Of a stretch of DNA of 64,000 nt, positions 40,553-53,833 are shown piece after piece. Every line of letters starts with the position of its first letter. Position 1 is the first letter of the stretch. The DNA is from Stegostoma tigrinum (taxonomy: Eukaryota), in contig NC_081367.1 of the NCBI RefSeq assembly GCF_030684315.1, forward strand, positions 31,540,792-31,604,791, read 5' to 3'. The notes under the pieces are model-generated. The model did not search any database. It was not told the DNA's origin and saw nothing but the letters and a program-made list of their open reading frames with translations. The position numbers were made by a program, and so were the translations under genes.

Positions 40553-41716
40553 GTTCTTCAAGGACCGCAACTCTTTTTCTCCCCCCCCCACCCCCCACAA
40601 ACAGTGGTCGAGAACGCCCTTGACCGGGTCTCCTGCATTTCCCGCAACACATCCCTCACACCCCGCCCCCGCCACAACCGCCCAAAGAGGATCCCCCTCA
40701 TCCTCTCACACCACCCCACCAACCTCTGGATACAACGCATCATCCTCTGACACTTCCGCCATCTACAATCTGACCCCACCACCCAAGACATTTTTCCATC
40801 CCCACCCTTGTCTGCTTTCCGGAGAGACCACTCTCTCCGTGACTCCCTTGTTCGCTCCACACTGCCCTCCAACCCTACCACACCCGGCACCTTCCCCTGC
40901 AACCGCAGGAAGTGCTAAACTTGCCCCCACATCCCCTCCCTCACCTCCGTCCCAGGCCCCAAGATGACTTTCCATATTGTGCAGGCGAACCTCTGCTTAT
41001 CTGCCAATGTGGTATACTGTATCCATTGTACCCAGTGTGGCTTCCTCTACATTGGGGAAACCAAGCGGAGGCTTGGGGACCGCTTTGCAGAACACCTCCG
41101 CTCGGTTCGCAATAAACAACTGCACCTCCCAGTCGCAAACCATTTCCACTCCCCCTCCCATTCTTTAGATGACATGTCCATCATGGGCCTCCTGCAGTGC
41201 CACAATGATGCCACCCGAAGGTTGCAGGAACAGCAACTCATATTCTGCTTGGGAACCCTGCAGCCCAATGGTATCAATGTGGACTTCACCAGCTTCAAAA
41301 TCTCCCCTTCCCCCACTGCATCCCAAAACCAGCCCAGCCCAGCTCTGCCTCCCTAACATGTTCTTCCTCTCACCCATCCCTTCCGCCCACCCCAAGCCGC
41401 ACCTCCATTTCCTACCTACTAACCTCATCCCACCTCCTTGACTAGTCCGTCTCCCCTGGACTGACCTATCCCCTCCCTACCTCCCCACCTATACTCTACT
41501 CTCCACCTATCTTCTTTTCTCTCCATCTTCGGTCCGCCTCCCCCCCTCTCTCCCTATTTATTCCAGAACCCTCACCCCATCTCCCTCTCTGATGAAGGGT
41601 CTAGGCCCGAAACATCAGCTTTTGTGCTCCTGAGATGCTGCTGGGCCTGCTGTGTTCATCCAGCCTCACATTTTATTATCTTGGATTCTCCAGCATCTGC
41701 AGTTCCCATTATCTCT
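40553..41716 (+). mobile_element. Neptune-type PLE 3' fragment (GIY-YIG + terminal repeat), with stop codons
   Basis: ORF 40964..41356 (LYIGETKRRLGDRFAEH); same 3' end as the other copies. Confidence 0.9.
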
Positions 41717-44700
41717 TCCAAGAAGCAGATCAGTTTCAAATTGGCTGTGCAAACTGCAGGACTGCAAAGGCATCTTCATGGGCAATTTCAAACATGACGA
41801 ACAAGCACATGTAAATGTAAAAATGAGTCATAGCCTAAACCCGAACGGGGAAGAAAACAAAAGCAGCCAAATTGTAGAATTTCTCAATGCGGAAGCAAGG
41901 CTAAAAATTCCCATATACTGTAGGGTTCCGGTTTGTGATGAGTAATTTTCTGATTTTTAGCTGGTTCAAATTACCCCGAGATCCCTGGTTCTGATACAGC
42001 ACTTATTTAGCAATGTGAAATGAAGAAGGCAGTAGACAGGTGTTTCAGGGCAAAATAATCTGTTTCTTAAATACAAAATGTAAGTATAATACATGAAGTA
42101 AAGGCAAATCTGATAAACAGTGGAATTTACATTATCAGTTACACAGATGACAGTAATTAAACACTGTTAGAACCTAAAACAACAGTTTTAATCACAGAAT
42201 CTTTAATCAGACCTCCTACCCTTGGACCCCCTTGCTTTGTCACTGTCTTCCCCTTCCTGCTACCTAGGTCAGAACTATGCGGTCTCAGAAGTTTCAGCTC
42301 ACCACTGATGAAAAACGCAGTTTGAAAGTGTGTCCAGTTGCTGAGGTTCTTGGTTCTTTTGGTCCAGAATAGGCCTGTGTCTGGAAGTTCTTGTTCAGAT
42401 AGTGCATGGTTGGCTTCCCCCGCCATGGATGCCCTTTATTGCAGTGATGCCCTTGGCTTGGCTTCCTGATTCAGCTTTGCTGTTCAGACTCTCTGGTTCT
42501 TGGTTCTGAAGCTGTTTGTTGGGGCTGGAAGCCTGTGGGGAAGCTGTCCTCTGTAGAAGCTTGTTGTTGAAAAGGGCTCTCTCCCTGGTAACCTCTCACT
42601 GCACCTGACGTAGGGGCTGTGCTCCAAAAGCTTGTGATTCCAAATAAACGCATTGGACTATAACCTGGTGTCATGTGACTTCTGACTTTGTCTGCCCAAG
42701 TCCAACACTAATACCTCCACATCCCAGTAAGATCAGGGCTAGCAATTGCACAGACTGTGTACTCCATTATCATCTGTCAAATCTATGTTGTCAGTGTATT
42801 TCTGGTGTTCCCTTTGAGGTCACTTGGCCTTCTGATAGTTAAGACTATGTGTGGATGTATTTTGATTGAAGTTGAACATCCACTACTGTATCTCTGAAGC
42901 TTCATACTATCTGACTTGGGTACCTCGAGGTGTAAAAATTAGTTTTGTCCAGAGTGTAAGGTTTGGTTGATTGTTCTCTGAGAGTGGAGGTGTAAATTCA
43001 AATTCCAGGTAAAAATCATTCTGGCTCTGTGTGTATTTGTTGCAGCCCGAGCTCAGGATTTTGTCCTGTATTTTTAGATATTAGAAAAGTCTAGGGTCTT
43101 GCCCAATATGTTAGATGATTGAGATTTTTGCACAGTCCTATAGTACATTGACAGCAAGGGAAGTCAGAAATATGACCACCAAATTCCCTAATATGAATCG
43201 GAAGACCTTGTGTCCCAGCTGAAACTGAAGTTACTACTAAAACAGGATGGAACTATGGTTTTTAGATTTACTCATTGCAGAACTGGATAAGCAAGCAATG
43301 AAAATAAAGATAGATGTTTGAAATGAAGGCTTGCACAGAATCAAGACTGTGCCTGTTTGAGGATGATCAGAAAGACCCTGGTAACTCTAGAACATGCGAA
43401 GGATCAACCTCATATAAAGTAAAATCTAGCATCACTGACAGATGGCTGGCAGACGACAACCATAAGAATCAATTGATCAGTTCGTCAGTCAGGGCAAAGA
43501 CATGAGATCTTGGAAACTGAGCAGTCTTAGTGGATAATGTATCTGGTTATAGTTACAATACAATGAAAGTTTTTCAAAAAGCTCTCCTTGAAGGTGACCT
43601 AAATATAGAATTACAACATTTATATATTGCATTTTAAGGCAGAAAATGTCTCAAGTTGCACATTAAATGTAATCGGAAAAAGAAAACTTATCCTGAGACA
43701 GATGGGATGGAGGAAGGATGGCCAAAAGTTTAATGAAAGATGTGGGTTTTAAGGAGCTTTAAAGAGCTGAGTGAATTGGTGAGGGGCCAAGTTTTGGAGA
43801 AGGAGTAGACCTGAAGTTTTCCCAGAGGTTCCGATTACCAACATCAGAAAACGTGACAGCAGGTTGCTCAGAAGAACTAACTAGTCTTTTTAATGGCTAT
43901 GCCTCTGCTCTTTCATTTTATCATAGAAAATAAGGGCACAATGCTGTGGGAGAAATGCACAAGTCAGCAGGCTATTCGCTATTAACCAGTTTTGCTGTGT
44001 TTTCACTTTTAGTTCAATTTCTAAAGCTCTAATATGAGCAAATAAACTCCATAGAAATGTGAACATAAATTCCTGCCTCCAGGATAGCCATAGAAATTCA
44101 GCATTGTATCTGTATAGATGTACTTCAGGCCATAGATTTATAGCTATTTTTCTCTCTTAATACAAGACCTTCTGCTGTTAGGCAGCAGAACTTATTCCAC
44201 GGTGACCTCCCTGATTTTACCTCCTTTTGCATTCTCAACAATTGAAGGCAAGTGTCATATTAATAGCAAGTTATTTTGATTCAATTTCAATTACTATTGC
44301 GGTGTGAATGTTTAAATTCCGATTGGAATTCATTCAAGTAGGTTTAATGACGTGGAACGGAAGAATGAATTTCTAAAGGTTCATTATATTGTTTTCTCTT
44401 TCAACCCACTTTGGGTTCCTGGTAGTTATCATTTACCACCCATCCACTAGGGTAGTTATTGCAATCAATTTTTCACTTTAAATAATGGATTCAAACCTTG
44501 AATATGTGGACCATTTCAGCACAATCCAAAGAATCTTCATGTCTTTCATAAATATGCCATTATTAAAAATAAGAGTTGTCTACCACTTAGAGAATGGAAT
44601 CTTTTTCCTGTTGATTTGGCTTAGTCAATGTAGACTTACGGGTTGAATTTTAGCAAAAATTGGCTAGGTGTCAATTTTGGGGGCTTTTATGGAGAATTTT

Positions 44701-47700
44701 GTCCTAAGTCTGGCAAAATTATCTCATGCAATTGTCTGTAACTTGCTTCATGATGTATGCACTATACCTGTTTGCCACTGCAGTCATGTTATTGTGTGCC
44801 TGTTGGTAGCCGAAGGACTTGCTCTGTGGGATTCCTAACATAACCTGGTACACGCATAAAGTGTGAAGCTGGATGAACACAGCAGGCCAAGCAGCATCTT
44901 AGGAGCACAAAAGCTGACGTTTTGGGCCTAGCCCCTTCATCAGGGTTTATCTTGCTGCCCTGTCACCATGACTGTTAATGTATTCTTAACATGTCAAGCT
45001 TCTACCAGTCTTTGTCAGCTCATTGTTTGTTTGTGTCCTGTAGACACCAAGTAGAATCTGTAGTCTTCTCCCTGAAGAAAGCTGCTGTTCCTCCACCTCT
45101 TGAGGAGAAAGTTACATCTGCATCAGAGGAAGCAAGGCTGTCTGCTGCACCTTTTCCCCAGACTGACCACTCGGTGGGTACTTGAGCAAGAGTACAGTTG
45201 GAAGCACGTTCTGGTGAGCCCATTACTGCCATATCTCGGCAGATTGTTGTGGAAGACCTGCTGCAGGTCGCTAGCTCTCTCAGGGCTGTCAGAGACCAGG
45301 CAGGAGAGGACCCAATTGTGTTAGCCATTCAAAACTTCACCCAAATGAACAAGCAGACACTAGCAACAGGCAGGATTAGCCAATGGGGGAAACCGACTCA
45401 AAGATTTAAGGAGTCCATCAACACTATCTGTACCACACTGCCTCTGACATGCAAGCATCTAGCTAACTCCAATGGCAGGTTAGTGGCTGCCTTGGAGATC
45501 TGGGTCCAGCACAGTCAGTATTTGCTGGATAGGCACACATCCCAGCACTCCATTTGCTGTAGCGACTCAAACTCAAAACCAATAGCAAGGTGAGGGGTTT
45601 GGGGGATGGCCACTGGGGGAGTGGAGGGTGCAGAGGATTGAGCTCTGGATTGGATCAAGAGACATTTGAACCTCTTAGCAGGCACTTCTTCCTCACATGG
45701 AGACAGGGTGATGCCATTCGGCACCCAGCTGGAGGAAGAACCATATACATGTCTCTTGGAAGCCTCCTGTCAGGACATTCCAGAGGTACCCATGCCACCC
45801 ACTCCACCCAGCCTGTCAACCTCTCACCTTTGAGAGTTCAAACTGAGAAGAGTGAATCTGTACTTGGCAGGACGTACTCAGTATGTCTGGCCGTTCATGT
45901 CATCTTCTGCCTGGACAGTACCTGTCTGAAGCCCCAGACATGACCTGCATAGAAACCTGATGTCAAGGGACCATTCAATGGCAGATACACCGCACAACAT
46001 GACTTGACATTCTGACAAGGCAGAGTATAGTGCCACTGCCTTCTCAACTGCGTGGCATTATGTGAAAATCAAGTTGACTTTGGCTGCTCTGTAGTGTCAT
46101 CACGTTGAGGGCAGGAAAGTGCAATAAGGCTAATGGAAAGCTGCATGTAAATGAGGCATATTTGGTTATGAATGAGATGTAAATGTATGTAAATTTACAC
46201 TTACTATCAAGATTCTTATCTGACCATTTAAAAACCTAGTTGCAGCTTTGTGCCAAGCCCCCAACCTCGCAATCAAGAGTTCTATTTTATCACCCTTGCC
46301 ATATTTTCTCAAATAACTCAAATTTTCCCAGGTCATTCAGGGGCAGCATTGTAAGTGCTTATTACTTTGATTAAACTGCTGCCATGTTTGGTTTTGCATG
46401 GATGAAGCATTGTTTACATTTGCAATATATAAAAACGCAAGATTAAGTTACAAACTTGTATGATTTGTTCCCATTGGTACAGAATTACAAAATAACATGA
46501 GTCTATTTGTTCTTTGTTGTACACGTTTGGAATGTAAAATCTCTAAGAGACGATGTATAGTGTGTTCTACTTTTTTCACAATAGAACTGCAAGTTTCATA
46601 AGTCCAGGCTTGCTATCCTCATGGGTGTTTTTGCTTGCAGTGCTGGGGCTCTTGATAGTTAGGAAAACAACGTTTTCAATTGGGGATAAAATGAATATAT
46701 CCATGTAAACAGTGGTGAAGTGAGAATGGGTTGAAGGCAGTCCCCCCCCCCCCGCACCCCCTCTCCATCTCCATTTCCTTCTCATTTGAGCACAACAGAT
46801 TTTCTTTTATGGGAAAGGATTTATTTCGTACTTTAGTGACATTTTACACGTGGTGTGATCGTGAAGGAACCAAACAGGCCATCACAAGTTTAACATGGAA
46901 AGAGGTTGGTTTTAATACACTTAAACTGATCTAGAGAAAATAATAACACACGCACTTTGTCTTTTGTGGATGCACACACATTGCTGACTTTGTAAAGGTA
47001 TTTGAGCGAAAGGTTGGCCAAATTACAGGCCTTTAAAAAATAACATTGTTATTGGGTTTAGTGATTCTGCGACTGTCAGGCTGAATCCAGTGGCATCTGC
47101 TTCAGATTGAAAGAACAGATCATTGAGTTGGTTGTTCTTCTTGAAACAGTATTGTTGGGTTGAATTTCTTGCAGAAATCTCTGTCTACGTTCCTGGATGA
47201 TCACAGCAGCAAACAGAGTTCAAAGCTTGCCAGGTGGACTCAAACAAGGAGGCAGGATTGATCTTGCTTAGGTCCATTTCTCAAATCCTTCCTCCCAACT
47301 CCATTGAGGGAAATGTGCTTAAAACATACAAAGGGTAATTTCCCATGTGATCTTCAACTGCCAGTAGAATCCAAATGAAGTGGCTTGATTAGTCAAAGTC
47401 CAAAACTGTCTTTGATACGGTCTGCTGTCCATGTGATTAGTATCAGTGATCAGTTAATTGCCTTGTGAGTAGGACAGGAGATGTTGGGGCCCTTCACATT
47501 CTCCAGGGATCATGCCTTCTGTTGATTTTTGCAGACCTAGTATCCATTGCTTTGTGAAATGCAAAGTAGTGCAATTTTGGGTGGGTATCTTTGGCAATGC
47601 TCTCAAATTACCTTTTAGTCTGTGGTTTTACCAATCTTTTTTTAAAATTTCAATTCACATTTCCAACATTTGGTTTAAAAATCATTATTTGACATCCTTA

Positions 47701-50700
47701 AAGCTGAGAATGCATTGTTGGCATGATGGTGAGTTAACGGGAAGTAGTAATAGTAGCCCAGTGTGGTATGCACTATACATCTGGACATTAGAACAAAACC
47801 TCAAAACCAAAAAACATAATGTTAACTTTTAGGGATGAACTTGATATTTACTTGGATAATTTTAATTACATTTGAACTGAATCAGAAAAATGATATGACG
47901 ATCTTCGTGGTTCCAACTTTCTGCTGGCAAAAGCCTAAGTGGGGAACAGAAAGGAAAAGAGAAATGTTCTGGCAGCACTTTATTTCCTGTATGTTTATTT
48001 CTTATGCTAAGAATTGTTATTGTTCTTATTGTTCTTGCATCTCACTCAGAATTAATTAACCTCCCCAGTCTCTCAATGCTATTTCCTCAAATTACTATTT
48101 ATCTTGTTAAAAATGAGTTGCTTCACAAAAACAATGTAAGTAAAATTTAGCTTTTCAAAGAACAACATGACTTAAAATACCAACAAACATGCCAAGTTAG
48201 CAGAAGCAGTGCCCGTAATTCTGGTTAGAGCTGATTTAGTTGTGTTCCATCGGCTGCTGTGTAATTTACTTAATTAGACTGCTAGATGCCAAATCACTAA
48301 TGATTACATGGCGATTAAAGCTATAATTGTTATTTTTCTGAGAGACATCTTGATTGACCATTGCAGATTTCCACAGCATCTGATCTTCTGCACAATTAAC
48401 TTAAAGACACTGCTTCAAAGTGCTTTACGAAATGTAGTTATATAGTTGCTGTGCAGACATATTAAGTATCTGGAATCATAGCATTATCATGCAGTTTTTA
48501 ACCATTACAAATGGTCATCACTGCAATCTTGTAAAGTTGAAGTTTGCTGAAGCCGCTGTGTATTCAGTTGAATTAAAAAATAACAAATTTACTGCAAGCA
48601 CTTTCAGTTGAGAGGGTGATGGAGGTAGGAAGTAAAACAAATAATTGGCTAAATTATTATTCAAGGATCATCGTGGTGTTTTCATTATGATGGATACCAG
48701 ATCTGACAAGGATGTAAAAGATACCAGCAAGGTTAATATTCTTGATAGGTTTTAAAATTGAGCTTTAGTTTGCTATCATGGAGCTATCTTGATAGTTAAT
48801 GCTTTTTTAGGAAGCTGTACTTTGCTTTCAATTGGTACCATTTTATCACAAATCTTTGGACACAATTTTTGACATTTAGAAGTGATGTAAGTAAACAATA
48901 CTGCTTCATACATTGCAGGTATCTGTGAGTACTAAAAACGCAAGCAGTTTCTGGGTTGAGAATGGGTTCCACTCTGACTCCTTTTGCAACTGTATTTGCA
49001 TGCAAGTTGGAACACTGCAGTAAAATATAAAATAGCCATTCATAAATACGGGATATATTTGTATTTTTATATATTTAAAATTACACCCTGGTATGGGATC
49101 GCGTTCATAAGTTGGATGTTCATAAATCAGGGACTCTGTATAAGTTTAATTCTAAATAAATGCAGTGAAACTGGGGATGCCTTGCATAAATGATTCCTTT
49201 GATAAATTGTTTCTGTCTCTGTCTCTGTTCAATAAGTAACAAGTTACATTGATGTGAACAACACTAATGTATTTGTTTTCTTTCATTACTCATTTGTGGC
49301 TTCAGCTTCATGGATGCAAAGTAGAAACCTGTATGTTTTGATCCACGGTTCCACTGGTGGATGTGCAGGATAACTTGGGACGTAATGTGTATATACCATA
49401 TGGAGTGGAGACAGTGAGGACTACAGATGCTGGAAGCTGGTGTCAATTGTTGTGAAGCACGAAAAACACCGCAGATTAGACAGCATCCGATGGGCAGGAA
49501 TGTCAATGTTTCGGGCTGAAATGTTGACATTCCTATTCCTCGAATGCTGTCTGACCTGTGTTTTTCTTGCTTCACATCTATTGACTATACCATACGGAAT
49601 TTTGGTTTCCTCTGAATTTTACTGTGTCAGCATGGCTAGTATAAATGATGGAATAAAAGCCAGACTTTAATGTGTGCTTGGACACACTGTTCAAACTCAG
49701 GCCTTGTATTAATGTAACCTTTTTACTGTATATCAAAAATAATCTTTTTGTAATTATTTTTGCGCTACTTGAATGTGAAAGCAATAGTGTGATTTTATTT
49801 TTTTTAATGAAATAAGTCTAGTATACTGCCATAATTGTGGAAAGCAATCAGCATGAGCCAGTATGACAGAAGGATTTGGGCGATCAGAAACCATTGATTA
49901 ATAGTTGACATTATTGACAAGAAGTTAAAATATTATTGACTTTATTTGAGCGTGAAATTAAATTACCCTATTTCTGAAGTCTAGAAGTGTTACTGCCCAA
50001 TGTAATTTTCAGTTAGCTTGTAAAATGAGTTCCAATGATGTCTTGCATAGAAATGGATAGCATTAAACGTAATGTGGCTTGAACAGCCGATAACTTAAAT
50101 TTGTCCATTCAACTGACTGGCAGATTAATGGAAGCAATGGGTATGAGAAACTCATTGCTGTCAATCAAGTGTACTTTTTGATGTGCAGTCATCATTGTAG
50201 TGTTAAATCATCATTATACTGTTAAAACATTGAAGCGTGATAGCCAATTTTTATGCTAGAAGATTCTACGATGTGCAATGAGATAATTAACCAAGTAACC
50301 TGTTTTCAATATGATGGTTGAGCGATAAATAGTACAAGAAAAAAATGCATCTGTACAGCATGAATTTCAGTTTTATTATCTTCATATGTTAATGAAAACT
50401 GAAACAACTAGCATTTTCAGAGCACCCTACTGGAGGGAAGAGGATTGGCTGGCAGGTAGTAAAAATCATGCAAGGTGGACAAACTGTGATCTTACAAGAG
50501 GCTTTTAAAGAAGTAGCAACGTTTTGGGGAAAACGTCTAGAAAATAGGGATATGACTGAAAGCTCTGTTCCGACCATGGGATCAGATCCACATAAGGTCT
50601 GAATCAGAAGATCAAAGCACAGAAGAATTAGACTATCCTCTATTCTCCTGTGTACTCAAGTATGGAAGTACAGGAATACAGTGAAAATTTTACAATGTCA

Positions 50701-52056
50701 CCCCATAAGTTGCCATCATAAATAAAAATATCTGGGTACAGATCTTAGATATAAAAGACAGAAATCAAGGGAAAAAGAAAGGGGAGAAAAGTTACATTTA
50801 CTTACTGTTGTTTATAGTATCATTTAGAAACGTGAGATTAAAGTTAAAAAGAAAAGCATTATAACCTTTCTATAAATGGTCTGCAATAGATCGGTGCAGG
50901 AGACTTCTATACGTGGTCTGCCTGGGCTCGCAAACTACTGACCGCCCGCACCGGTCTCCATTCCAACAGTCATCTCTGTCCCCGCTTAAACTGTCCTGTC
51001 TTGGGTTGGGCCTCCAGCCGCTTTACCTCAGGAGATAACACCCAAGAGGAGAGGAAGTGGGGGGAGAGTGGAAAGAAGAAAATGAGAAATAAACATAAGT
51101 AGTACAGGAATTCTTGTTAGAGTGTTCTACTCCGCTGTCATCTTGACCACAAGCATGTTGACATTGGGGGAAGTTGCAAAAGTAAATTACCTGAAAATGG
51201 AGAGGGAGTTTGCAAACAAGGACAAGGGATGATTCATGTTGCAAAATTGCATACTGATGCCATGAAGGTGCAGAAGGCAACTGAAGTGAAACATTGTTTG
51301 ATACAGAGTATGTTATTGATAGATGCAATGGTTGACTTAAGACTTTAGCATTGGTGGGAAGTGGATTGTGGGTGAGGGTGAGTTGGAAAAGGAAAGAAAA
51401 GTTGACTGAGTTTAGGGCCAGAATCAAGATGATGAGCAGTGGTGAAAATTAAACACAGCCAGTCCTTTGGATTATATTAATCCAAACTGTAGATATTTTC
51501 AAATGGTGGCTAGGTAAAGCTGGAATTAAGCCATACAAAGGGGTTTTTGAGGCTTTAAGTTAGACCAACAGTTTCCAACAGAACGATGATGGAAGGCCTG
51601 CTAATGTCCAGTCAAACTGACGAATACCTGCTGCAAAATTACTTGTTCACTTTTGTACGTCCAAAACCACACTTCAAATTAATTTGTTGCACTTTGGGAT
51701 ACTTCTGAGATATAAGACAATGCAACAATTTATTTTCTCTGCCATTGCCTGGCGTAACTCCTTTCACATTGCCATAACTGAAAAATGTCAGAGCTGCCTT
51801 GGTTCCTTTAACTCTGCTTTCGACCTATGCCCAATGCTGGTATCCCTCTGCATCTCGGTTGCACAGAATACAATATTCTAATATTTTCTTCTTTCAAAGT
51901 CTGACTACTTTGAAATGCTATTCATTCTACTTGCTATTTCAGATATATAGGCAATATTACATTCTTAAATTTTTTTTGTAGTATGAAGTTTTCATAAGTA
52001 TTTTGCAATACTAATTTGGGATTTCTCTTCCCATAGGTTTGTAAATTAATTCAAAA

Positions 52057-52309
52057 ATGACATCTTTGCTGGGATTCCTGACCCTGTTGGTTGTAAAATA
52101 TGTTACGGCTGATGCAGGCATTCGGGATGGTATTACTGCTGACTTTTCAGTGAAAGTTTACCATCAGTTGCGGTCACTGGAGAAAGATGGCAATATTTTT
52201 TACTCCCCATTTAGTATTGCCAATGCCTTAGGAATGGTTAAGCTTGGTGCTGGGAGTACAACTCTTGAGCAAATTCAACGCGTCATGGGCTACGACTACT
52301 TGCAAAAAG
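52057..52309 (+). CDS. SERPINI1: Neuroserpin first coding exon (signal peptide, NIFYSPFSIANALGM serpin motif)
   Basis: ORF 52057; acceptor ccatag at 52036; donor G|gtatat; hydrophobic N-terminus. Confidence 0.95.
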
Positions 52310-52842
52310 GTATATGTTGTGTTTATTAAGGTAATTGATTTTGGTTAGTAAGTCTGTGGTATATTCATAAGACCCTTAAATGTGAATATACAAGCATGGT
52401 TGTGGCTGGTTAAATTCACAACTTAAAAAGATCCTGCAATCAGTGTTAGTTCACCTTGATTTCATAGTCTTAAAGCATTGCCCAGTGCCTGCTGTTTGGA
52501 TAGCGTATAACACCTGAATATTGATCCTCCATTTAAATGTATATTTTTGGATAAAGTTTCCATCAGCCAATTAGTAGATCTTAAACATTCCAGAAAAGCC
52601 ATAATATTTCTAAATTTAACTTGGTTATCACTGGCATAATTATTGCACATTGCTGTTACAAGCATTGTTTGGGTAAATGTATTTTGTTACACGGACAATA
52701 TCTAAAGTATTCTGATATATTGCCCTTTGAGTTAACAGAACATGAATATTTAATTTTCATTATTCTTACAATGAAGGCAACATTGCACAGCATTTTCAAG
52801 GGACATATATTTTGTAAAGTTGTTGATTTCTGTTTTAATCAG

Positions 52843-53073
52843 GTGAGGAATTTGATTTGTTGCGGGACCTGTCTCAATCCATGAAAGCAGACAGCCAGCA
52901 GTATGTTATGAGGCTTGTCAACTCATTGTTTGTGGAGGAAGGATTTCAACTGAGTGACAAGTTCCTTCAGATGCTTAAAGAATATTTCAGTGCCAGTGTT
53001 GAAAATGTTGACTTCAGCCAGTCGTCTTCTGTGGCTGATCATATCAATGAGTGGGTGCAGAATCAAACCAACA
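52843..53073 (+). CDS. SERPINI1: Neuroserpin coding exon 2 (GEEFDLL...INEWVQNQTN)
   Basis: Translation; atcag and gtaagt splice sites; 231 nt; phase 1-1. Confidence 0.96.
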
Positions 53074-53833
53074 GTAAGTATTGTCAATTTGTACAATTAT
53101 ATTAATACAGATGCCTGTTTTTTAATAAACGGTACCATTGCACAGAATCCAAGTTGTGCCTTTAAAGAGGAAACCAATTCAGCCTGTTTGTGCTTGCATT
53201 GGTTCTGTTGAAGAATTATCCACTTAGTCCCATTCTGCTGTTGTCCCAGGCTTGCACTTGTTTTAGAGATAACAAGATGTAGAGCTGGATGCACACAGCA
53301 GGCCAAGCAGCATCAGAGGAGCAGGAATGCTGACATTTTGGGCCCTAGACCCTTCTTCAGATCCTTTCCTTTGAAATATTTGTGTTTTTTGTTTTGAATG
53401 TTCATCTTTCCTTAATGAAGATTTTCAGATGCTGCAAGTGCTACTGTTCCTAGGAAAGCATTTTATATCCTAGGATCTCTCTGCCTGTTAAAGATCTGCC
53501 AACATCTTGTTTCTTTTGTGATGCTTATGACGTTATGGTCTCTGCTGCATAGACCAGTGAAAATAGTTCCTTCCTTTTTAGCTCCTGAAAGTACCACATA
53601 ATTTTGATCTATTCTATTAGATTGCTCCTCGAACATTGTTCCTTCTGATGGAAAAAAAGGGCCAGGTTCTTTAGTCAGTGTTAAATAAAATTCCATAATC
53701 TGGTAAAATCTCTTCTGCACCCTTACCTGATGTAGAGTTCGTAATCTGGTACGACAGTCCAACCATCTTGATATTGCTTCTGGACCTGGACATGGACGTT
53801 TGTTATTAAAGACGGGCACTCCTTTTTGTTAAT

